A stretch of 64,000 nucleotides of DNA from Vulcanimicrobiota bacterium (GTDB lineage: Bacteria; Vulcanimicrobiota; Xenobia; Xenobiales; JADMJV01): positions 1-64,000 of the forward strand of contig JAFKGI010000012.1 in NCBI GenBank assembly GCA_017307785.1, read 5' to 3'. Under the pieces are notes generated by a model. That model was not told the origin of the DNA and ran no database searches. It saw only the letters and a list, made by a program, of their open reading frames with translations. The stretch's first letter is position 1; each line of letters opens with the position of its first letter. The translations under genes were made by a program, and so were the position numbers. Positions 1-8,981 of this stretch are shown here, piece after piece.

Positions 1-140
1 AGATTGTGGCGGTTGCGTCCCCCAGACAGGGCGTAGACCACGCCGCCCAGATACTCATGCCTAGTTTCCGACTCAAACTCGGCGGCCAGATAGTCCTCCA
101 CTGAGACCGACTCGTATTGTTTCAACGACTCCACAACCAC
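1..140 (-). CDS. Uma2/DUF820 family putative endonuclease, 5' portion only (gene continues past left window edge)
   Basis: Reverse-strand frame translates ...VVVESLKQYESVSVEDYLAAEFESETRHEYLGGVVYALSGGRNRHNL off the edge. This matches the N-terminal (E)EYL..E..SE.RHEY..G.(V/I).AM.GG...HN signature of Uma2-family proteins. No ATG; candidate GTG starts near 134–140. Absent from the ORF track because it is open-ended. Confidence 0.45.
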   Translation of the reverse strand, partial: MVVESLKQYESVSVEDYLAAEFESETRHEYLGGVVYALSGGRNRHN

Positions 141-217
141 CAGTGTATCCCGCCGACTCTTTTGAAGCAGGGCGAGTTCAGCAGGCCAAGCCCAGCTGCA
201 ACAGAACTCTCGCCTGA

Positions 218-460
218 ATGAAACCGACTCGTCATCAAATACTCGACGGCGTCACGCTGGAGGCGATCCTGACCGAGCTGATCCGCTCCTATGGCTTTCG
301 CAACCTGGCGGAGAAGATTCCGGTGCGCTGCTTTCTCTTCAACCCTACCCTGGTCTCCAGTCTGCGCTTTATGCGAAAGACGCCGTGGGCACGGGCGCAG
401 CTGGAAGAACTTTACGTGGAATACAAGCAACGCCCCATAGAGCCCCCACAGGTCCGCTGA
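218..460 (+). CDS. DUF2132 (VF530-like) small conserved protein
   Basis: 80 aa, ATG at 218. ILDGVTLEAILTEL..YGF..LAEKIPVRCF..NP...SSLRFMRKTPWARAQ.EELY resembles the DUF2132 family as I remember it. The antisense ORF 122..430 is rejected. Confidence 0.5.
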   Translation: MKPTRHQILDGVTLEAILTELIRSYGFRNLAEKIPVRCFLFNPTLVSSLRFMRKTPWARAQLEELYVEYKQRPIEPPQVR

Positions 461-510
461 ACCTGGAGTTTGACACTCCCCTCCCGATTTGCTAACTTCC
501 AGGGGTCTGA

Positions 511-586
511 CTCCGCGTAGCTCAGGGGATAGAGCGGCCGCCTCCTAAGCGGCAGGTCGTTGGTTCGATTCCAATCGTGGAGACCA
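511..586 (+). tRNA. tRNA-Arg (anticodon CCT)
   Basis: Cloverleaf readable by eye. Acceptor CTCCGCG/CGTGGAG (one G-U); D-arm TAGCTCAGGGGATAGAGC; anticodon stem GCCGC/GCGGC with loop CTCCTAA; T-arm GTTGG-TTCGATT-CCAAT; discriminator A and encoded CCA. Confidence 0.85.
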
Positions 587-614
587 TAAGCCGTCCGGCG
601 CAAGCCGGCGGCTC

Positions 615-1964
615 TTGTTTTTCGAGAGGGTTATGTCCGAGAACGAAACCGCAGAGACATCCGAGGCTCCCTGGTCGGGAGAGGCATCCCCCCGTGTTTG
701 GACGCGTCAGCACTGGCTGATCCTGGGGGCGATTTTGCTGCTGGGCCTGTTCATGCGGGTGTGTCTGCTGGGCTTTCCACCCAGCAAGTTCTTTGACGAG
801 ATCTATTATGTGGACGCGGCGAACGACTATCTCAAGGGGATTGCCGACGCCAATTCGGTCCATCCTCCGCTGGCCAAGATTCAGCTGGCCGCCACCATAC
901 TGCTTTTTGACGTGGCCAAGCTCAAGGGCTTGGTGCCCTTGGAAGACACCGTCGGCTGGCGTCTGGCTCCGGCCCTGAGCGGAGTGGCCGTGGTCGGCCT
1001 GACCGCCTGGCTCGCCTATGTTCTGGTGGGGCGGCCGCGGGCGGCGCTGCTGGCGGCGGCTCTGGTGGCCGTCGAGCATCTCTCGGTGGCCGAGTCGCGC
1101 ATCTGCACCCTGGATAATATCCAGGTGTTCTGGATCATGCTCGGGATCTGCTGCGGCGCCGAGCGTATTTGGCGCAGCAGTGATGACAAGTGGTTGTGGT
1201 TCTCGGCTCTGGCTCTTGGGGTAGCCACCGGCTGCAAATGGAACGGCTTGTTCGCCGCCACCGGCGTGGTGCTGGGATTGTGGACCATCCGCGTCGGGGA
1301 TCTTCCCAAGTCGCACCCCCTCAAGGTCTTTTTCGTCTACGCCCTGGTCATTCCGGCCATTTATGCGGCTGCTTACATCCCCTACTCCCGCACCCTGGCG
1401 CCGGAGAAGCGCACCATCAGCCAGGTCACCTCCGACGTGGTCGCTCAGCACGTGCGCATGTACAAGTTTCGCAAAGACCCGAAGCAGTTCAAGCATCAAT
1501 ACCTGAGCCCGATGTGGCAATGGCCGTTTGTGATCCGGCCCATCTGGTTCCATTTCCGCAGCGAGCCGGCCAAAATGTGCAGCGGCATCGTCGCTTTCGG
1601 CATGATCCCGTTCTACTGGTTCTCGGTCTATCTGCTGCTCGAGTGCGTGGCCGGCGCCTGGACTCGCCAGTATTGGGACCCCGCCGGTCAGTTTCTCTTT
1701 CTCACCTATGGAACCCAGTATTTTCTCTGGGCCAGCAGCTGGACCGGTTTTTTCTATTATATGCTTCCGATGGTTCCCTTGATGGCGGTAGCCGTGGCGC
1801 GACAGCTGGACAACTGGCTGGACTATCCGGAAAGCCGCAAATGGGCGCTGGGATTCCTGACCTTACTGGCGGTGATGACGCTGCTCTATTTTCCCTTTAT
1901 GGTCGGGCTGACCGTCCCTTACAAGTACTTCCAGGTGCTCTTCTTCTGGCATAGCTGGGTGTAA
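615..1964 (+). CDS. Membrane glycosyltransferase, GT39 / PMT (dolichyl-phosphate-mannose protein mannosyltransferase-like) family
   Basis: 449 aa polytopic membrane protein. N-terminal loop FFDEIYYVDAANDYL and HPPLAK correspond to the DE-motif loop and HPPLxK of PMT-type, phospholipid-carrier-dependent glycosyltransferases. Confidence 0.65.
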   Translation: MFFERVMSENETAETSEAPWSGEASPRVWTRQHWLILGAILLLGLFMRVCLLGFPPSKFFDEIYYVDAANDYLKGIADANSVHPPLAKIQLAATILLFDVAKLKGLVPLEDTVGWRLAPALSGVAVVGLTAWLAYVLVGRPRAALLAAALVAVEHLSVAESRICTLDNIQVFWIMLGICCGAERIWRSSDDKWLWFSALALGVATGCKWNGLFAATGVVLGLWTIRVGDLPKSHPLKVFFVYALVIPAIYAAAYIPYSRTLAPEKRTISQVTSDVVAQHVRMYKFRKDPKQFKHQYLSPMWQWPFVIRPIWFHFRSEPAKMCSGIVAFGMIPFYWFSVYLLLECVAGAWTRQYWDPAGQFLFLTYGTQYFLWASSWTGFFYYMLPMVPLMAVAVARQLDNWLDYPESRKWALGFLTLLAVMTLLYFPFMVGLTVPYKYFQVLFFWHSWV

Positions 1965-2006
1965 AGCCAGCAGGGGGGTCTTTTAGGCTAGACGAAGGCC
2001 GCACCC

Positions 2007-4514
2007 GTGCGCGGCAACCAGTTTATCAGTATCAACATCAAGCTGGCGCTGGCTATTGTCCCGCTGATCCTGGTGTTCATGGGCTTCAACTTCGTGGTCA
2101 TCCTCGATCACGAACAGGACATTCTCAAGCAACAGACCGAGCGCCGGGCCATCTCCCTGGCCACCACTCTGGCCATCGTCTCGGCCGATGCCTTGCGCAC
2201 TTTCACCGAGTATCAACTGCAGCAGAATGCGGTGCAGTTCGCCAAGGACAGCGACATTGTCAGCGTTGCCATCCTGGACAGCCAGAACAAGGTGTTGGCT
2301 CATAACGTCGCCAGCGAACGCGGCAAAACCGAGGCCTCCACCAGCGCCGAAGAAGCGCGCAACAGCAGCAGCTCGATGTTGCACTACGACAAATTGAACA
2401 AGCGACGGGTGCTCGAGGTCTACCACCCGATTAGCATCGACCAGAAGCGCCGAGGCACGGTTCAGATCGTGATCTCGATGGACGCCATGGACCAGGCTCT
2501 GGCCCGCTCGCAACGCTACCTGACCGGATTGACCATGGTGCTGCTCTCGGGAGCCGTCGTTTTCGTGGGCTTCCTGGCGCGCTGGTTCTCTCAACCTTTG
2601 TTGACGCTGGCCCACGTGGCTCGCAAGCTCTCCAAGGGCGAACTGCAGACGCGAGCGCAGGTCTCGTCCTTTGACGAAGTTGGCCTGCTGGGCATGGCGC
2701 TCAATCACATGGCCTCGCGCCTGGAGGGCATGATCGAGCGCGAGAAGGCGGCTCGCAACGAATTGCAGCAACGCGTCACTTCGCTGTTGGAGTTTACCGA
2801 CCGGGTGGTTGCCGGCGACCTCAAGGGTCACGCCGAGGCCGGTCAGGACGACGAAATGGGTCGTCTGACGCTGGCCGTCAATGAGATGGTGCGCCACCTG
2901 CGCATCATCCTGGAAGACGAACGCTCGGTTCGCGAGAATCTGGAGCGCAGCCGCACCGAGCTCGAAGAAGCCAACGAGAAGCTCAAAGAACTCGACCAGA
3001 TGAAGAGCGAGTTTCTCAACACGGTCAGCCACGAACTGCGCACTCCGCTCACGGCCATCAAGGCCTTCGCCGAGATTCTGCTCGACAACGAAGGCGAAGA
3101 CATGGAAACCCAGATCGAATTTCTGGGCATCATCAACAAAGAAGCCGACCGCCTCACGCGCCTCATCAACAATCTTCTGGATCTCTCGCGCATCGAGGCC
3201 GGCCGTATGAACTGGCACTTCGAGCCCACCGACCTGGAAGAGCTGGTCAACAACGCCTACATCACTCTCAAGCCCGCCGCCGATAAGAAGGAAGTCATCT
3301 ACAACGTCGAGCGCTCAGAGCGCTCATTGCCCGTGCACGCCGACTTTGACAAGATGCAGCAAGTCTTCACCAACCTGATTGGGAACGCCCTGAAATTCAC
3401 CCCCAGTGGCGGCGCCGTGACCATCCATACCCGGCGCGTCGGGGACAAAGCCGAGGTGGTGGTGTCCGACAGCGGCATGGGTATCGCTTCGGAATTTCAT
3501 GCCAAGATTTTTGAGAAGTTCGGCCAGGTGGACACCTCCGAGACCCGTGAAATCAAGGGCTCCGGACTTGGTCTGCCCATCGCTCGCAGCATTGTCGAAG
3601 CTCACAAGGGAACTCTGACGGTCGACAGCGAGGCCGGCAAAGGCGCCCGCTTCATCGTGCGTCTGCCGCTTTTTGGGGTGGAAGGGGTGAGCAGCAATCC
3701 CAGACCGGAAGCGCCGGCCGTGGGCGAGCTGCCGATTCATCTGCCGGCTTACCAGCGCAACGTGCTGATCGTGGACGACGAGCCGAGCATCCGCCGTTTC
3801 TTGCGCCATCTGCTCGAGCAGGAAGGCTACGACGTGCTCGAGGCCGGGTCGGGCAAGGAAGCCTTGACCCGAGCCGAACGGGAAAGCCCAGACCTGGTGC
3901 TGCTCGACCTGCGTCTTCCCGACATGACGGGCTTCGAGATTCTTAGTGAGCTGAAAAAGCGCCCCGAGACCCACAACATTCCGGTCGTCATCCTGTCCAT
4001 CGTGCAGGATCGGGAGGAAGGCTTCCGCCTGGGCGCTAGCGACTACCTCACCAAACCGGTGGACCGCGACAAGTTGATGGAGCGCATCCAGCGGCTGATC
4101 GGCTCCCAGAACAAGGCCAACATCCTGGTGGTGGAAGACGATCCCTCGGTGCAGCGAGCTCTCCAGGCCATCTTGGAGAACCACAATTACTCGGTGAAGG
4201 CCGTGTTCTCAGCCGAAGACGCCCTGGTGACGCTCAAGGAGTGGCACCCGACGCTGATTTTGCTCGACTTGATGCTGCCCGGGCTGAGCGGCAACGATTT
4301 CCTCAAGGAGTTGAAAGAAAATCCAGACTGGGAGAATCTGCCGGTGGTCGTGCTGACGGCCGCCGATTCGGATTCGCGCAGCGAGGCCAAGCTTTTAGGC
4401 GCTCACAGCGTGGTGGGCAAACCCTTTATCGAAAACGAGCTGACCGGTCTGATCCGGGGAATTTTCGAAGGGGAGATTTTCCAGCAAGGCGAAAGGCCTG
4501 CCGACGGAGGATGA
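2007..4514 (+). CDS. Hybrid sensor histidine kinase (periplasmic sensor – HAMP – HisKA – HATPase_c – REC – REC)
   Basis: 835 aa, GTG start. Two TM helices flank a ~150 aa periplasmic domain. HAMP follows, then H-box SHELRTPLTAIKAFAEIL, the HATPase N/G boxes (NLIGNALKFT, SDSGMGI, GSGLGLPIARSIVE) and two receiver domains (VLIVDDEP...LLDLRLPDMTG and ILVVEDDP...LLDLMLPGLSG). Confidence 0.85.
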   Translation: MRGNQFISINIKLALAIVPLILVFMGFNFVVILDHEQDILKQQTERRAISLATTLAIVSADALRTFTEYQLQQNAVQFAKDSDIVSVAILDSQNKVLAHNVASERGKTEASTSAEEARNSSSSMLHYDKLNKRRVLEVYHPISIDQKRRGTVQIVISMDAMDQALARSQRYLTGLTMVLLSGAVVFVGFLARWFSQPLLTLAHVARKLSKGELQTRAQVSSFDEVGLLGMALNHMASRLEGMIEREKAARNELQQRVTSLLEFTDRVVAGDLKGHAEAGQDDEMGRLTLAVNEMVRHLRIILEDERSVRENLERSRTELEEANEKLKELDQMKSEFLNTVSHELRTPLTAIKAFAEILLDNEGEDMETQIEFLGIINKEADRLTRLINNLLDLSRIEAGRMNWHFEPTDLEELVNNAYITLKPAADKKEVIYNVERSERSLPVHADFDKMQQVFTNLIGNALKFTPSGGAVTIHTRRVGDKAEVVVSDSGMGIASEFHAKIFEKFGQVDTSETREIKGSGLGLPIARSIVEAHKGTLTVDSEAGKGARFIVRLPLFGVEGVSSNPRPEAPAVGELPIHLPAYQRNVLIVDDEPSIRRFLRHLLEQEGYDVLEAGSGKEALTRAERESPDLVLLDLRLPDMTGFEILSELKKRPETHNIPVVILSIVQDREEGFRLGASDYLTKPVDRDKLMERIQRLIGSQNKANILVVEDDPSVQRALQAILENHNYSVKAVFSAEDALVTLKEWHPTLILLDLMLPGLSGNDFLKELKENPDWENLPVVVLTAADSDSRSEAKLLGAHSVVGKPFIENELTGLIRGIFEGEIFQQGERPADGG

Positions 4515-4515
4515 C

Positions 4516-4884
4516 TTGGGAAAAACAATCCTGGTCGCGGATGACGAACCAGCGGTTCTAAGGTCGCTGGAGTTCATTCTCAAAAAAGAAGGTTATCGCG
4601 TTCTCACCGCGGTCAACGGGCAGGAAGCCTACGATCAGGCCAGCGCTAATTTGCCTGACCTGGTGCTTCTTGACGTGCAGATGCCGCGCATGGACGGCAA
4701 TCAGGTCTGTCGCCAGCTGCGCGACACTCCGGCCAGTTCCAATCTCTATATCATCATGATTACGGCCAAGGGTCAGGAATCGGACCGCGTCAACAGCATG
4801 GAGTCCGGAGCCAACGAATACATCACCAAGCCGTTTTCGCCCCGCAAGGTCATCGCTCGGGTCAAAGAGATCCTGGGCGAATAA
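4516..4884 (+). CDS. Single-domain response regulator (CheY-like receiver)
   Basis: 122 aa, TTG start 2 nt after the HK stop. ILVADDEP, the phospho-acceptor context LVLLDVQMPRMDG and ITAKG are all present. No output domain. Confidence 0.8.
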   Translation: MGKTILVADDEPAVLRSLEFILKKEGYRVLTAVNGQEAYDQASANLPDLVLLDVQMPRMDGNQVCRQLRDTPASSNLYIIMITAKGQESDRVNSMESGANEYITKPFSPRKVIARVKEILGE

Positions 4885-4885
4885 C

Positions 4886-6268
4886 ATGCCTCCCCAGGTC
4901 GAGACTCATTTGGAATTGCTGTTGGAGCCGGGGTTGCTGGACGGTCTCAATCGCTCCTTCGCCACCCTCGGCATCGGCTGGGTGGTTCGGCAGATGGACG
5001 GCCAGCTGTATTCGCAGTGGCCGGACCACATGACCGGGCAAGACTGGCTGGCGCAAGTTCCTTTGCTGCCCGGCAGCCATCCTTGGGACGAGGGCATGGC
5101 GGTGCAGAAGATGGTGGAAATCGACGCCGGGCCTCTGGCCTGGGTCTGCGAACTGCGCTCCGCCGGTAGTACCGCTCCCAGCTTGATCGATCACGCCGCC
5201 GACCTGCTGCGTCGCGAAAGCGGTCTGCGCTATGAACTCCAGAGCACGCTGGAAGAATTGATCTCCAAATACGAAGAGCTGACGGTGGTCTACGACAGCG
5301 CCGAAACCATCGTGAGCATCACGGACCTGGACGGGATGGCCCAGCGTATTTTGGATGAAGCCGCCGACCTGCTCGACGTCGATCACGCCTCGCTGATGCT
5401 GGTCGAAAAGGACCGGCTGGTGGTCAAGGCCGCCCGCGGAGCCCGCAAAGACCTGGTGAATTCGAGCCTGCCGCTGGACGCGGACCAGATTTCCGGCCAC
5501 GTGGCTCGGGAAGGCAAGCCGGTTTTGGTGGAAGATCTGGCCACCGACACCACCTTTGGTCGCGGCAGTCGCGAGGAAGACGCGGCCCGCTCGTTGTGCT
5601 CCGTGCCCCTGCAGGTACGCGGCTCGGTGCTGGGAGTGCTCAACGTCAATCACAAGCGCAGCGGTGACCCGTTCAACTCGGGAGACCTGAAACTCCTGAT
5701 GGCTTTGGGGTCTCTGGCCGCTATCTCCATCCAGAACGCGCGTACCTATCAGAACGCCATCACCGATCGGCTCACCAATCTCTACAACTACGGATACTTC
5801 CGCGAGCAGCTCGAACGCTTCCTGGACGTGGCCCGCGAGGAAGAGTCGACGGTCAGCATGATCATGTTCGACATCGATCATTTCAAGAATTTCAACGACG
5901 TCAACGGCCACGACCTGGCCAATGTAGCCCTGGTAGGCGTCTCCAGCCTGTGTGTGGCCAATTCGCGCCAGCAAGGCGACCGCATGCCCGACCTGGTGGC
6001 GCGCTACGGCGGCGAAGAGTTTATGATTTTGCTCCAGGGGGTCTCGAAAACCGACGCCTACCTGACGGCGGAGCGCATCCGCAAGCAAGTCGAGGGCACC
6101 CACTACGAGGGGGGACAGAATCAGCCCATGGGGAAATTGACCATCAGTATGGGTGTGGCCAATTTTCCTGAAGACGCCGAAAACTCCGAAGCCTTGATCA
6201 AGCAAGCCGACCAGGCGCTCTACAAGGCCAAGCGAGCGGGGCGAAACAATGTCCAGCTCGCAGGCTGA
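4886..6268 (+). CDS. GAF-GGDEF diguanylate cyclase
   Basis: 460 aa. GAF-like region lies around residues 150–290. GGDEF domain carries the intact active site RYGGEEFMILL and the upstream DIDHFKNFND. Starts 2 nt after the REC gene. Confidence 0.85.
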   Translation: MPPQVETHLELLLEPGLLDGLNRSFATLGIGWVVRQMDGQLYSQWPDHMTGQDWLAQVPLLPGSHPWDEGMAVQKMVEIDAGPLAWVCELRSAGSTAPSLIDHAADLLRRESGLRYELQSTLEELISKYEELTVVYDSAETIVSITDLDGMAQRILDEAADLLDVDHASLMLVEKDRLVVKAARGARKDLVNSSLPLDADQISGHVAREGKPVLVEDLATDTTFGRGSREEDAARSLCSVPLQVRGSVLGVLNVNHKRSGDPFNSGDLKLLMALGSLAAISIQNARTYQNAITDRLTNLYNYGYFREQLERFLDVAREEESTVSMIMFDIDHFKNFNDVNGHDLANVALVGVSSLCVANSRQQGDRMPDLVARYGGEEFMILLQGVSKTDAYLTAERIRKQVEGTHYEGGQNQPMGKLTISMGVANFPEDAENSEALIKQADQALYKAKRAGRNNVQLAG

Positions 6269-7385
6269 ACCGGACTGGCTCGACGAAGCCCTCCCCCTGC
6301 CCAAGGCAGGCCTGATCTGGCCCTGGATTGTGGCCGGTTCCATCCTCTTCTTGTTCGGTCTGTATCTGCTGCTGCCGGGCATCCAGGAAAATCCTCGCGC
6401 CAAGCCGAGCCCGGCACAGATTGCGGATCAGCCGGTCAATTCGGGCACGCCCGTCCTGGTGGACGAGCACGCTCTCAACTTTCTCGTCGTGGACAGCGCC
6501 ACTTCGAGCTTTGCCCAGGCGGCCGAGCAATTGGACCGGGACATGCGCACCCAGACCGACGGACGAGTGGCCTTCAACATTCATCCCTCGGGCCAGTTCC
6601 AGGGCCAGAAACTCGACGAGATGAGCATTGTGCAGAAGGTGCGCAAGGGCGAAGCCCAGATTGCCATCGTCACTTGCAGTCCGCTGGCCAACTTCGCACC
6701 GGCTTTTGAAGTACTCGACCTGCCTTTCCTGTTCCACAGCTACGAACAGGCGGACCGTGTGATGGAAGGTCCGGTCGGCGACAAGATTTTAGGCACCCTG
6801 AGTGAGTATGGTCTGGTGGGCCTGGGAACCCTGGAGGTGGGATTTCGGATCTTCTCGTCCTCGACTCCACTGCCCACCCTTGAGGACTTCCGCGACAAGA
6901 AAGTGCGCGTGATGCAGAGCTCGGTCGCCATCGGAATGGCTCGCGCCCTGGGCTGCGAAGCGGTGCCCTCACCGGTCGACAAGATCTATCAGATGGGCAA
7001 GGAAGGCTATATCGACGCCGCCGACCGAACCTACCCGACCTACTGGGACTTCAAGCTCTTTGAGGTGCAGCGCTACATCACCGAATCGCGCCACAGCTAT
7101 ACCAGCAAGGCCATCATCATGAACAAGACCGCCTACGACAAGCTGAGCGAAGCCGACCGCAAGACGCTGCGCCTGGCCGTCAAGAAAATTCAAACCGAGC
7201 AGCGCAAGCAGCAACGCCTGGATGACCAGCGCGTCAAGCAAGAGTGCCGCAAGCAGGGAATTCAGATCTACGAACTGGGCCCCGCCGAGACCAGCCGCTT
7301 CGCCGAAGCCTGCCGCCCGCTCTACGACGAATACACCAAGCTACGCGGCTCGGAGTACATCGACGCCATTCGCGCCGCCAAGTAA
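6249..7385 (+). CDS. TRAP-type (DctP family) solute-binding protein with N-terminal membrane anchor
   Basis: 378 aa. One TM helix (LIWPWIVAGSILFLFGLYLLL) and a ~50 aa linker precede a full DctP-like fold (DLPFLF...EGPVG...GL..L......G.R......P......D..G.K.R...). Overlaps the GGDEF gene by 20 nt. No dctQ/dctM permease genes anywhere in the window. Confidence 0.65.
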   Translation: MSSSQAEPDWLDEALPLPKAGLIWPWIVAGSILFLFGLYLLLPGIQENPRAKPSPAQIADQPVNSGTPVLVDEHALNFLVVDSATSSFAQAAEQLDRDMRTQTDGRVAFNIHPSGQFQGQKLDEMSIVQKVRKGEAQIAIVTCSPLANFAPAFEVLDLPFLFHSYEQADRVMEGPVGDKILGTLSEYGLVGLGTLEVGFRIFSSSTPLPTLEDFRDKKVRVMQSSVAIGMARALGCEAVPSPVDKIYQMGKEGYIDAADRTYPTYWDFKLFEVQRYITESRHSYTSKAIIMNKTAYDKLSEADRKTLRLAVKKIQTEQRKQQRLDDQRVKQECRKQGIQIYELGPAETSRFAEACRPLYDEYTKLRGSEYIDAIRAAK

Positions 7386-7400
7386 CCCCTACGCGAGGTC

Positions 7401-7603
7401 GCAATTGCGCCTACCGGTGTCGGCGCAACCACGGGTTCCGGCAATGCACCCACCGGTACCGGCTCAACCACGGGTGCCGGAATTGCGCCCACCGGTGTCG
7501 GCGCAACCACGGGTTCCAGCAATGCGCCCACCGGTATCGGCGCGCCCACGGGTGCCGGCAATGCGCCCACCGGTGTCGGCGCAACCACGGGTGCCGGCAA
7601 TCC
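7401..7603. repeat. Tandem array (~5.2 copies) of a ~39-nt unit carrying an internal palindrome
   Basis: Units begin near 7401, 7441, 7480, 7519 and 7558, with a partial sixth. Consensus is GCAATGCGCCCACCGGTGTCGGCGCAACCACGGGTGCCG. Each unit contains GCGCC-CACCGGTG-TC-GGCGC, i.e. a hairpin-capable imperfect palindrome. No unique spacers between units, so this is not CRISPR. It fills the convergent intergenic space between the DctP-like gene stop (7385) and the lpdA stop (7612). Confidence 0.8.
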
Positions 7604-7611
7604 CCGGGCGG

Positions 7612-8976
7612 CTAGATGTGGATCGGGCGGCCGTCCACGGCCAGAGCGGCTTCTTTGACCGCTTCGGAAATGGTCGGGTGGGCGTGGCAGACGCGGGCGA
7701 TGTCCTCACTGGAAGCCGAGAACTCCATGGCCACCACGCACTCGGCGATCATATCGCCGGCGCCGGCGCCCAGGATGTGGACACCCAGGACCCGATCGGT
7801 TTCGGCGTGAGCCAGAATCTTGACCATACCGTCGGTCTCGTTCTGAGCCCGAGCGCGGCCGTTGGCCAGGAACGGAAAGCTGCCCTTCCGGTAGGGAACG
7901 CCCTTTTCTTTGAGCTGTTCCTCGCTCAGACCCACGCTGGCAATCTCCGGATGGGTGTAGACGATGCCCGGAATGGTGTCGTAGTTGACGTGCCCGTAGC
8001 CGGTGGCCAGGAACTCGGCCACGGCCACGCCCTCGTCCTCGGCTTTGTGGGCCAGCATCGGGCCCGGGATGCAGTCGCCGATGGCGTAGATGCCGTCGAC
8101 GTTGGTGGCGAAATGCTCGTTCACCAGGATGCGTCCGCGGTCCGTTTTGACACCGGCTGCTTCCAGGCCGAGACCGTCGAAGTAGGGCTTGCGGCCGACG
8201 GCTACCAGCACGCGGTCGCCTTCCAGACGCAGGCCGGACTCGGTTTCCACTACGCCCTTGTTGCCTTCGGCTTTAGCGGCCGTGACTTTCTGGCCCAGGT
8301 GGAACTCGATTCCCTGCTTCTCCAAAATCTTCTGGGCGGCTTTGGCGATCTCCAGATCGGTGCCGGGCAGGATGCGGTCCATAAATTCGACCACGCTGAC
8401 TTTGGCGCCCAGGCGACCCCAGACCGAGCCGAGCTCCAGTCCGATGACGCCTGCGCCGATCACGATGAGATGTTCCGGCACTTCTTTATAACTCAGGGCT
8501 TCGGTGCTGGTGCCCACGCGATCATAGTCCAGGTCCATGCCGGGGAAGAAGCTCGGAACCGAACCGGTGGCGATCAGGATGTTCTTGGTCTCGAGCTCGC
8601 GGTCGCCGACCTTGACCTTGCCGGGGGCAAGGATTTGGCCGGTTCCCGTGACCTTCTCCACCTTGTTCTTGGCGAAGAGACCGTCGATGCCCTTGGTCAG
8701 GGTCTTAACCACCGTATCCTTGCGGCGCAGCATGCTGCCGAGGTCGAATTCGACGCCGGAAACCTTGATGCCGTGGCGAGACAGATCGTGTTGGGTCTGA
8801 TGATAGAGATGGCTGGACTGCAGCAAAGCTTTGCTGGGAATACAACCGATACGCAAGCAAGTGCCGCCCAGAGCGGGCTCTTTCTCTACGCAAGCCACCT
8901 TGAGGCCCAGTTGAGCGGCGCGAATGGCCGCAACATAGCCGCCGGGACCGGCGCCGATAACCACCAAATCGAACAT
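7612..8976 (-). CDS. lpdA: Dihydrolipoyl dehydrogenase (E3)
   Basis: MFDLVVIGAGPGGYVAAIRAAQLG...GGTCLRIGCIPSKALL redox-active disulfide motif; C-terminal HAHPTISE. Start moved to the ATG at 8976, with GGAGG 9 nt upstream and 5 nt after the sucB stop. The track's 9021 start overlaps sucB. Confidence 0.9.
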   Translation of the reverse strand: MFDLVVIGAGPGGYVAAIRAAQLGLKVACVEKEPALGGTCLRIGCIPSKALLQSSHLYHQTQHDLSRHGIKVSGVEFDLGSMLRRKDTVVKTLTKGIDGLFAKNKVEKVTGTGQILAPGKVKVGDRELETKNILIATGSVPSFFPGMDLDYDRVGTSTEALSYKEVPEHLIVIGAGVIGLELGSVWGRLGAKVSVVEFMDRILPGTDLEIAKAAQKILEKQGIEFHLGQKVTAAKAEGNKGVVETESGLRLEGDRVLVAVGRKPYFDGLGLEAAGVKTDRGRILVNEHFATNVDGIYAIGDCIPGPMLAHKAEDEGVAVAEFLATGYGHVNYDTIPGIVYTHPEIASVGLSEEQLKEKGVPYRKGSFPFLANGRARAQNETDGMVKILAHAETDRVLGVHILGAGAGDMIAECVVAMEFSASSEDIARVCHAHPTISEAVKEAALAVDGRPIHI

Positions 8977-8981
8977 GCTCT

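Noticed and set aside
522-1553. Long antisense ORFs opposite well-supported genes. Examples: 522..1553−, 1983..3218−, 4862..6403−, 7222..8985+, 11114..12961+, 15323..16189+, 18148..19599+, 20430..21362−, 22655..24148−, 35291..36895+, 37705..40104+, 42408..43703+, 43663..44898+, 49033..49977+, 56128..57222+, 58062..59177+, 59174..60442+, 60604..61410+, 60695..61381+
   Set aside because: These are typical high-GC stop-codon-poor antisense frames with Arg/Ala/Gly/Pro-rich junk translations. The opposite strand in each case carries strong, motif-level homology to known families.
7401-7603. Possible CRISPR array
   Set aside because: The units are directly tandem with no unique spacers. There is no cas gene. 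The unit is an imperfect palindrome repeated head-to-tail, which is REP-like rather than CRISPR.
7222-7615. Pro/Ala/Val-rich and Cys/His/Arg-rich repetitive 'proteins' (for example PVSAQPRVPAMRPP... and CRRNHGCRQCAHR...)
   Set aside because: These are translation artefacts of the 39-nt (13-codon) tandem repeat in a convergent intergenic region.
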